NCBI GenBank assembly: GCA_029006735.1
Contig: JAQXGN010000054.1
Coordinates: 1,553-65,552 of the forward strand
Length of the DNA: 64,000 nucleotides
Direction: 5' to 3'
Source of the DNA: Bacillales bacterium
GTDB taxonomy: Bacteria; Bacillota_I; Bacilli_A; RFN20; CAG-449
Position 1 is the first letter of the stretch; the number at the start of each line of letters is the position of its first letter. A model generated the notes under the pieces. It saw only the letters and a list, made by a program, of their open reading frames with translations, was not told where the DNA came from and searched no databases. A program made the translations under genes and the position numbers. This document shows, one piece after another, positions 57,000 through 64,000 of the stretch.

Positions 57000-57989
57000 A
57001 TGAGAAAAGTAATCGTTGATATAAATGGAGGAGATAATCCACCAAGTGAGATTATTAATGGTGCGATAGATGCTGTTAATAGAAGAGATGATTTAATTGT
57101 TATTTTAGCAGGCCAAGAGAAGGTTATTAATGATACATTGGCTAATTTAGCATATCCCTCAGATAGAGTTGAAACTTTATTTTGCGAACAAATAGTTACA
57201 AATGAAGATTCTCCAACTAGTGTATTAAAGCAAAAGAAAGAATCATCTTTAATAAAAGGGATGCAATTATTATCTAATAGAGATGATATTGATGGAATTA
57301 TTTGTGTAGGAAATACAGGAGCAGTTTTAGTATCTGCAACCTTTATTGTAGGTAGAGTAAATAAGTGTCGTCCAACTTTAGCAACAAAATTACCAAATTC
57401 AAAAGGTGGTTATTCAATCTTAGTTGATTGTGGTGCTAATGTAGATTGTAAAGAAGAACATTTGATTGGATTTGCGCATATGGGATTAGAATATGCAAAA
57501 GCATTAAATATATCTGATAATCCTAAAGTTGCATTACTATCAAATGGAAGTGAAGAGAAAAAAGGAAATGAATTAGTTAAAAATACTCATCAATTACTCA
57601 AAGAGATGCAAGATATTAATTTTGTTGGAAATGTTGAAGGGTCGAATTGCTTAAGTGGAAATTGCGATGTAATTGTCAGTGATGGATTCGCAGGTAATAT
57701 CCTTTTAAAAAATGTTGAAGGAACTGCAAAAATGATTATTAAGCAAATGATAGCAGAAGTAAATAATGCAACTGATGAATCTGAAGCAAAAGCAATAAAA
57801 AAATTAATTAAAAGACTGATGGATAAATTTGATTTTAATTCACAAGGTGGAGCAATTATTCTTGGTGTAAATAAACTAGTTTTAAAAGCACATGGTGTTG
57901 CAGATAGAACAACTATTAGTGCTTCAATTGATATGGTTTGCTCTTTGGCAGAAAACAAATTAATAGATTCAATTAAAGCATCAATTTAA
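57000..57989 (+). CDS. plsX: phosphate acyltransferase PlsX
   Basis: VDINGGDNPP N-terminus, GNTGA, VDCGAN and DGFAGNILLK motifs. Confidence 0.9.
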   Translation: MRKVIVDINGGDNPPSEIINGAIDAVNRRDDLIVILAGQEKVINDTLANLAYPSDRVETLFCEQIVTNEDSPTSVLKQKKESSLIKGMQLLSNRDDIDGIICVGNTGAVLVSATFIVGRVNKCRPTLATKLPNSKGGYSILVDCGANVDCKEEHLIGFAHMGLEYAKALNISDNPKVALLSNGSEEKKGNELVKNTHQLLKEMQDINFVGNVEGSNCLSGNCDVIVSDGFAGNILLKNVEGTAKMIIKQMIAEVNNATDESEAKAIKKLIKRLMDKFDFNSQGGAIILGVNKLVLKAHGVADRTTISASIDMVCSLAENKLIDSIKASI

Positions 57990-57999
57990 AATAATAAGA

Positions 58000-58036
58000 C
58001 CCAATTAGTTTGAAATAAAATTAATTGGGCTTTTTT
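58000..58036 (+). terminator. rho-independent terminator after plsX
   Basis: Stem cccaatta / taattggg, then T6. Confidence 0.6.
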
Positions 58037-58196
58037 GTGCAAATAATAGTTAGGTTGTTATTAGATATACATATTAATTTTCACGCTAAAAGTCGCACTT
58101 TTTATTATATTATTGTGGAAAGTGATATTTACTGTATTAGTTATTGTTTAGGCAGTAAATAGGCTGTATAATTAGGATATTAGTAAGGGGAATAAT

Positions 58197-59789
58197 ATGG
58201 ATTTGATTCTAAATAATGTAATACTATTCTTAGATGAAAATGAAGATAGATTAATCTATAAAGCTGCAAAACAATTAAAAGTAAATGCTAGTATAATTAA
58301 TAATCTTCAAATAATCAAAAAAGCCGTTGATGCTAGAAAAAAAGATCATATTATTTTTGTTTACTCTTTAAAAATTTCTCTTAATAAAGAATACGATTTT
58401 TCATGGAATAAAAATGTAAGAAAAGTTGATTATGTTGAAGAGATTCAAATAAATAAAATACATTCTAAATATAGACCAATCATTATAGGTTTTGGCCCTT
58501 CTGGTATGTTTGCTGGATTATATTTAGCAAGAGCGGGCATGAATCCAATTATTTATGAGAGAGGAAAATGCATTGAAGAAAGAGAAATAGATGTTGAAAA
58601 ATTTAAATCATCTGGGATATTTAACTCTTCTAGTAATGTTTGTTTTGGTGAAGGTGGTGCAGGCACTTTTTCTGATGGAAAACTTACTACTGGCATAAAA
58701 GATAAACGTATCAGATTTGTAATTAATGAATTAATTAAGCATGGAGCACCCAAAGAAATATCTTATGAAGCTCATCCTCATATAGGATCAGATTATCTAA
58801 AAATTGTTGTAAAAAATATACGTAAAGAAATAATTTCATTGGGTGGAGAGATATTCTTTAATCATACATTCCTTGAGTATACTTCTGTAGATGGAAAAAT
58901 AGATAATGTAATCATAAAAGATGATAAACAGAGGGTTTTTAGCGTAAAAACAGATGATTTAATACTATCTATAGGACATTCTGCTAGGGACACTTTTAAA
59001 ATGTTATATAATAAAGGCATTTTGATTAATCCAAAACCATTTTCTGTTGGAGTTAGAATTGAAATGAAACAAGAGGAATTAGACAAAGGGCAGTATGGTA
59101 AGGAATATAAAAATCCTAAGTTGAAACGCGCTGAATATAAGATAGTGGAACATCTATCTAATGGTAGATGTGTTTACTCCTTTTGTATGTGCCCTGGAGG
59201 AGAAGTTGTTGCATCAAACACAGAAGAAAATTCTATTTTAGTTAATGGAATGTCATATTTTAAAAGAGATATGGAAAACGCAAACTCCGCATTATTAGTT
59301 TCTGTTAATGTTGATGATTATTATAAGTCATCTCCGTTAGATGGAATGTATTTTCAAGAAGAATTGGAGAAAAAAGCGTTTAATATAGATTATCCATATT
59401 TTGCTCCAGTTCAATTGGTTGGTGACTTTTTAAATAATAGGATTTCTACTCATATAGGATCTGTAAAACCATCATATAAACCAGGATTTTATTTTGCACG
59501 TCTAGATGATATATTGCCTTCATTTATTACTAATTCATTAAGAGATGGTTTAAACCATATGGGAAAAAGATTGAAACCATTAGTTAATAAGGATAATGTT
59601 TTAACAGGGGTTGAAACTAGATCTTCTTCTCCAATTACTATCCCAAGAGATGACAATGGAAATAGTTCAGTATTAGGAATTTATCCATGTGGTGAAGGAG
59701 CTGGATATGCAGGAGGAATTATGTCTGCAGCAATTGATGGATTAAGAATCTGTGAATGTATTGAAAGAAAATATAATGGGGGTAAATAG
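58197..59789 (+). CDS. FAD-dependent oxidoreductase (COG2509-type)
   Basis: Rossmann motif IIIGFGPSGMFAGLYLA, GGAGTFSDGKL and a C-terminal GEGAGYAGGI motif. Confidence 0.75.
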   Translation: MDLILNNVILFLDENEDRLIYKAAKQLKVNASIINNLQIIKKAVDARKKDHIIFVYSLKISLNKEYDFSWNKNVRKVDYVEEIQINKIHSKYRPIIIGFGPSGMFAGLYLARAGMNPIIYERGKCIEEREIDVEKFKSSGIFNSSSNVCFGEGGAGTFSDGKLTTGIKDKRIRFVINELIKHGAPKEISYEAHPHIGSDYLKIVVKNIRKEIISLGGEIFFNHTFLEYTSVDGKIDNVIIKDDKQRVFSVKTDDLILSIGHSARDTFKMLYNKGILINPKPFSVGVRIEMKQEELDKGQYGKEYKNPKLKRAEYKIVEHLSNGRCVYSFCMCPGGEVVASNTEENSILVNGMSYFKRDMENANSALLVSVNVDDYYKSSPLDGMYFQEELEKKAFNIDYPYFAPVQLVGDFLNNRISTHIGSVKPSYKPGFYFARLDDILPSFITNSLRDGLNHMGKRLKPLVNKDNVLTGVETRSSSPITIPRDDNGNSSVLGIYPCGEGAGYAGGIMSAAIDGLRICECIERKYNGGK

Positions 59790-59790
59790 C

Positions 59791-60315
59791 ATGAAACCAT
59801 TTAAACATTTGCATACAATTAATAAGCATAGGAGAGAAGTAAGAAAAATATGTTTTAAAATAGGAATCGGATGGCAAGGGATATGGCATGATTTATCAAA
59901 ATATTCTTTCATAGAATTTTGGAATGGTGCGAAATACTATCAAGGTAATAAAAGCCCAAATGATAAAGAGAGAAGAGAAAGAGGTTATTCCAAAGCTTGG
60001 ATACATCATAAAGGAAGAAATAAACATCATTTTGAATATTGGTTTGATGTTGATGTGAAGACAAAACAATATGCCCCAATTAAAATGCCAATAAAGTATT
60101 TGAAAGAAATGTTTGCGGACAGAGTTGCAGCAAGTAAAATATATAGAGGAAAGAATTATGATAACGGATATCCATTAGAATATTTACTAAATGGAAGGGC
60201 AAAAGAATTGATGCATCCGGATACATATAATAAACTATACGAATTATTACTAATGCTTAAGGAAAAGGGAGAAAAAGAAACTTATTATTATGTAAAAAGT
60301 TTAAAAGAATACTAA
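59791..60315 (+). CDS. DUF5662-like conserved hypothetical protein
   Basis: HLHTINKHRREV...GIWHDLSKYS...YYQGNKSPNDKER...WIHHKGRNKHHFEYW matches the DUF5662 pattern as I remember it. ATG 59791 lies right after the preceding stop. Confidence 0.5.
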   Translation: MKPFKHLHTINKHRREVRKICFKIGIGWQGIWHDLSKYSFIEFWNGAKYYQGNKSPNDKERRERGYSKAWIHHKGRNKHHFEYWFDVDVKTKQYAPIKMPIKYLKEMFADRVAASKIYRGKNYDNGYPLEYLLNGRAKELMHPDTYNKLYELLLMLKEKGEKETYYYVKSLKEY

Positions 60316-60359
60316 ATTAATGAGGGTTTTAGCAAAAAAAACGATGTGGGAGGTTAACT

Positions 60360-60821
60360 ATGGATTTAGAAAATATATTCACTGAATTTTGTAGTAAAAG
60401 CATTGATGAATTAAGAATAATACAAAAGGAATGTTTTATTACAATACGTGCAGCAATGCAAGAACTATCTAATCATTTAGATCAAGATGTAAATAAAATA
60501 TTTTTTATGTTCTGCTTAATTTCTTGTGTTTTAGATGGGGATGTGGATGAAAAGGAATATTTTCTAGCAAAAGAATTTCTTACGAGTAATGTAACATATA
60601 ATGCATATAGAGAATATGCTCTTTCAATAACACAAAAAGATAGTATAATCAGTCTTTTATTAAATTTTATTTCTATTGTTGGTCAATTTAGCAAAGAATC
60701 AATTGAAGAATTTGTTAAATTTAGTGTATGTTTTATGGCTTGTAAAGGTAATATTAGTGATGTAGAAAAAAACTTTATTGAAAAATTATATAAGGAAGGA
60801 TGTAAAGAAAAAACATGTTAG
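60360..60821 (+). CDS. hypothetical helical protein
   Basis: Strong SD gggagg. No family recognised; there is a weak TerB-like impression (DGDVDEKEYFLAKEF). Confidence 0.5.
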   Translation: MDLENIFTEFCSKSIDELRIIQKECFITIRAAMQELSNHLDQDVNKIFFMFCLISCVLDGDVDEKEYFLAKEFLTSNVTYNAYREYALSITQKDSIISLLLNFISIVGQFSKESIEEFVKFSVCFMACKGNISDVEKNFIEKLYKEGCKEKTC

Positions 60822-61807
60822 TATTTTTAAAGAATAATCCAGTCTTCATTTTATATATTGTTTTATTTGTTTTAGTTATTCTATATTTTTTGAGTGCAGT
60901 TATTATTGCAAATAAAACTATTAATCATATTTTTATGAAAAACGCTAAGCCAAGTAAGTTTAAGCATATATGTCGTTCCAAAGGATTGAATATTGTAAAA
61001 GATAATATTAGGAAAGATAAAATAAGAAATAATAATGATTTCTTTACTCAATCAAAAACTATTTCTAATGTATCATTTGATGGCTTAAATCTAAATGCTT
61101 ATTTATATGATAAAAATGATTCAAATATTTATGTCATTTCTCTTCCTGGATATGGAGCAGAAGCTAAAGTTGCTTATGGGCTTCAACAATATATTTTTAA
61201 GGATTTAGGATATAATGTACTTTCAATTGATCATCGATCAGTTGGATTAAGCCAAGGTAATTTTGCTTCTTTTGGATATTATGAGCATCTTGATTTATTA
61301 CGTTGGATTAATAAATTAGTTGAAATTAAAGGTAAAGATATTAAGATTGTCATTAACGGAACATCTATGGGAGGCAATATTGCATTATTAAGTGCGAATA
61401 GAATACCTAATCAAGTAATTGGTATAATTGCAGATAGTGCATATACCACTACTCATGAACAGTTTGAATATATGTTAAGAAAAAGACTTCATCTGCTTCC
61501 GCTTCATGCAAAAATAACTGTTCGTATATTAAACATTTTTACAAAAAAGAAACTAAAAGTTGACTTATATAAGTACAATAGTATAAATATATTAAAGACT
61601 TCAAGATGTCCAGTTTGTTTAATAACTAGTGAGGTAGATAGTGTAGTTTCACCTGAGTTTTCACGTAAAAACTATGATGCATGTTCAAGTGAATTAAAGA
61701 GATTATACATTATTCCTAATAGCGATCATTTATTAACTTGTTATGTTAACAAAAAGAATTATGCTCATATTGTTAAAACGTTTATTGATGATTGTCAAAA
61801 ACAATAA
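60815..61807 (+). CDS. membrane-anchored alpha/beta hydrolase
   Basis: N-terminal TM helix and nucleophile elbow GTSMGG. A distal Asp (SEVDSVV) and His (SDHLL) could complete a triad. Confidence 0.7.
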   Translation: MLVFLKNNPVFILYIVLFVLVILYFLSAVIIANKTINHIFMKNAKPSKFKHICRSKGLNIVKDNIRKDKIRNNNDFFTQSKTISNVSFDGLNLNAYLYDKNDSNIYVISLPGYGAEAKVAYGLQQYIFKDLGYNVLSIDHRSVGLSQGNFASFGYYEHLDLLRWINKLVEIKGKDIKIVINGTSMGGNIALLSANRIPNQVIGIIADSAYTTTHEQFEYMLRKRLHLLPLHAKITVRILNIFTKKKLKVDLYKYNSINILKTSRCPVCLITSEVDSVVSPEFSRKNYDACSSELKRLYIIPNSDHLLTCYVNKKNYAHIVKTFIDDCQKQ

Positions 61808-61813
61808 TAATTA

Positions 61814-61842
61814 TTGACTTTAAAGATATCTTTAAATAAAAT
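61814..61842 (+). promoter_or_regulatory. sigma-A promoter of the tyrS leader
   Basis: TTGACT, a 17-nt spacer, then TAAAAT. Confidence 0.5.
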
Positions 61843-61849
61843 ATTGTTG

Positions 61850-62105
61850 TTAAAGCGAAGAAAAGAATTAGTACTCATTTGATTATCTAATAGAGAACTA
61901 TTGGTTGGTGAAAAATAGTGATTAAAAATGACGAATACATCTTGGAGCTATATACCGAAATATCAGTAGGCTATATCGATTAATACCCGTTAAAGTATTC
62001 GAGTTTGGTTAAACTCATTGAGATAAATAGTGTGAGCTATTTATGAATAAAGGTGGTATCACGATTTCAAAGTCGTCCTTTAATTAGGATGGCTTTTTAT
62101 TTTTT
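61850..62105 (+). promoter_or_regulatory. T-box riboswitch leader (Tyr specifier UAC)
   Basis: AGAGA/GGTGAAA stem-I elements (61890-61915). Specifier context gaaUACa has UAC at 61936-61938. T-box sequence aaaGGTGGTAtCaCG at 62049-62063. Terminator gtcgtcct/aggatggc plus T-run at 62072-62105. The downstream gene is tyrS. Confidence 0.85.
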
Positions 62106-62117
62106 AGGAGGAGATTT

Positions 62118-63326
62118 ATGGGAATTTATGAAGAATTAGAATGGAGAGGATTGATTAAGGATGTTTCCGATCCATCAGTAAGAGAAAAGATTAATGCAGG
62201 AGGAGTAACCTTTTATATTGGTACTGATCCAACAGGCGATTCGCTTCACATTGGTCATTTTTCAAGTTTTTTAATTTCAAAACGTTTAAAAGATGCAGGA
62301 CATAATCCTATTTTGTTAGTTGGTGGAGGAACAGGTTTAATTGGTGATCCAAAACCAGATGCAGAAAGACCAATGATTACTTATGAACAAGTTAATCATA
62401 ATTTTGAGTGTTTAAAAGAACAAGCAACAAGATTATTTGGATTTGAAGTTGTTAATAACGCTGATTGGTTAAAGAATATAAACATTATTGATTTCTTAAG
62501 AGATTTTGGTAAATATTTTAATGTTAATTATATGTTAGGAAAAGATATTGTTGCTAGAAGATTAGATAGTGGTATTACATTTACTGAATTTTCTTATATG
62601 ACATTACAAGCATTAGATTTCTGGTATTTAAATAAAACAAAAAATGTTACCTTCCAAGTCGCAGGGCAAGATCAATGGGGGAATATTACTGCAGGTATTG
62701 ATTTAATTAGAAGAAAAGAAGGTAAAGAAGCATATGCTTTTACTATGCCATTATTAACAAAATCCGATGGAACAAAATTTGGTAAAACAAATGGTAAAGC
62801 TATTTGGTTAGATAGAAATAAAACAAGTCCATATGAAATGTATCAATTCTTTATTAATTCAGAAGATAGTAAAGTTATTGACTACTTAAAATTTTTAACA
62901 TTCTTATCAAAAGAAGAAATTGAAGAATTAGAAAGAAAAAATTTAGAACATCCAGAATTAAGAGAAGCACATAAAGCTCTTGCTAGAGAAGTAATTACAT
63001 TTATTCATGGCAAAGAAGCATATGAAGAAGCATTAAAACAAGCCGAATCTTTATTTGGTAAAGGCGATAATAGTAAAGATATGCCATCTACTCCAATTGA
63101 TGCATCTTTACTAGTTGATGACAAACTTGATGTTTTATCATTATTAGTAGCTAGTGGCCTTGCAACATCAAAATCTGATGCTAGAAGATCTGTTGAACAA
63201 GGTGGCGTTATGATTAATGATAATAAAATTACAGATGTTAAGTTTGCTGTTTCTAAAGAAGATTTATTAGATGGAGTATTTGTTAGAAAAGGGAAAAAGA
63301 ATTTTAAAAAAGTTACTATTGAATAA
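62118..63326 (+). CDS. tyrS: tyrosine--tRNA ligase
   Basis: HIGH motif (SLHIGHF), KMSKS-equivalent KFGKT, C-terminal S4 domain (SKSDARRSVEQGGV). Confidence 0.95.
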   Translation: MGIYEELEWRGLIKDVSDPSVREKINAGGVTFYIGTDPTGDSLHIGHFSSFLISKRLKDAGHNPILLVGGGTGLIGDPKPDAERPMITYEQVNHNFECLKEQATRLFGFEVVNNADWLKNINIIDFLRDFGKYFNVNYMLGKDIVARRLDSGITFTEFSYMTLQALDFWYLNKTKNVTFQVAGQDQWGNITAGIDLIRRKEGKEAYAFTMPLLTKSDGTKFGKTNGKAIWLDRNKTSPYEMYQFFINSEDSKVIDYLKFLTFLSKEEIEELERKNLEHPELREAHKALAREVITFIHGKEAYEEALKQAESLFGKGDNSKDMPSTPIDASLLVDDKLDVLSLLVASGLATSKSDARRSVEQGGVMINDNKITDVKFAVSKEDLLDGVFVRKGKKNFKKVTIE

Positions 63327-63330
63327 AAAA

Positions 63331-63356
63331 ATAAGCTCGCCGAGCTTATTTTTTAT
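63331..63356. terminator. bidirectional terminator between tyrS and hpt
   Basis: Stem ataagctcg / cgagcttat flanked by A6 and T6. It overlaps the last hpt codons. Confidence 0.6.
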
Positions 63357-63912
63357 TTGATAATGCATTAATTCTATCCCATTCTGCGATTTCTTCTTTA
63401 TCAGGAATGAAAACATAATTTGTATTACGACCTAAATCGTTATAGTCAAGGCCATAACCTAAAAGAAAATAGTTTTCAACTTCAAATCCAGCATAGTCTA
63501 CATCAAAACGAATTTTCCTATTACATTTTTTATCTAATAAAGAAACTGTAATAATGCTTTTTGGTGAATATTTTTTATTGAAATAATCAATTAGGAAATT
63601 CATTGATATTCCAGAATCGATAATATCTTCAACAATTACAATATCGCGATTTTGTATATCTAATGAAACATCTTTTTTAATAATTACGGTTCCAGTAGAT
63701 TCTGTTCCATTATAACTTCCAATTTGAATATAGTCGATTAATAGTGGGATATCCATATTGTTAACTAAATCAACTAAAAAAGGGATTGCACCTTTCATTA
63801 CTCCTATAATTATTGGTGGTAATTCATTAAAACGATATCTAGTTGATAATTGTTCTCCAATACGTTTACATATTTTTTGAATTTCTTCATTTGATAAAAC
63901 AATTTTTCTCAT
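63346..63912 (-). CDS. hpt: hypoxanthine phosphoribosyltransferase
   Basis: PRPP-binding motif IVIVEDIIDSGISM, 188 aa, N-terminal pattern as in Hpt. Confidence 0.85.
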   Translation of the reverse strand: MRKIVLSNEEIQKICKRIGEQLSTRYRFNELPPIIIGVMKGAIPFLVDLVNNMDIPLLIDYIQIGSYNGTESTGTVIIKKDVSLDIQNRDIVIVEDIIDSGISMNFLIDYFNKKYSPKSIITVSLLDKKCNRKIRFDVDYAGFEVENYFLLGYGLDYNDLGRNTNYVFIPDKEEIAEWDRINALSNKK

Positions 63913-64000
63913 GTTTATACTTCCTTTAGCATATAAATAATAACATATGTTTAATTTTAAATTTAATACAAAAAAAATGAAAGAGTTTTCTTGCTTTTCT

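Noticed and set aside
1-64000. CRISPR arrays, rRNA/tRNA genes, and genetic code 4 (TGA=Trp) given the Mollicutes-like features
   Set aside because: I saw no regularly spaced direct repeats. I found no rRNA- or tRNA-like conserved blocks. TGA clearly terminates well-supported genes (e.g. 31409-31411, 32881-33883 region ATGA overlaps) and Trp is encoded by TGG throughout.

Overview
AT-rich, standard-code (TGA terminates genes, e.g. 31409-31411) Bacillota-type chromosome segment. The gene content looks Erysipelotrichia- or Mollicutes-related, but that is inference only. I saw no rRNA, tRNA or CRISPR array. The window has three parts. (1) 1-10.3 kb is an accessory/defence islet. It holds a 5'-truncated ImmA/IrrE protease gene, a DUF4417 gene with two small overlapping genes, an IS30-like remnant and two divergent AbiEi/AbiEii pairs. 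Each AbiE pair sits next to a module of one small helical protein plus a large serine recombinase. One recombinase is cut inside its zinc ribbon and fused in frame to a JetD/DUF2220-type Toprim domain. The other module is a multi-stop pseudogene. Between the AbiE pairs lies a 1.25 kb tract with no ORF of 60 aa or more and a C-rich, G-poor core. (2) 10.4-34.7 kb is a Gram-positive polysaccharide-utilisation locus. It encodes an atypical MsmX/MalK-like ATPase, an RDD membrane protein, two AraC regulators (one with a PocR sensor) and an LplABC-type importer. It also encodes three surface lipoproteins (two paralogous beta-helix enzymes and a multi-CBM-like binder), cytoplasmic GH127-like and GH78-like enzymes, and a non-canonical isomerase/kinase/DUF4432/class-II-FBA-type aldolase set. 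(3) 35.5-64 kb is mostly housekeeping: a GT4 glycosyltransferase, glycerate kinase, rhaBAD, an ABC-2/LytTR/DUF3021 module, ThrE, an M42 peptidase, a CDF transporter, fakB-fakA-plsX, T-box-controlled tyrS and hpt. Oddities there are an orphan DnaB-C-terminal ATPase, an RNase III with two dsRBDs and a hydrolase-membrane fusion. The best candidates for new biology are the recombinase-Toprim chimera with its surrounding duplicated AbiE/recombinase architecture, and the unassigned beta-helix/CBM lipoprotein set of the PUL. All family calls rest on motif recognition by eye; no searches were run.
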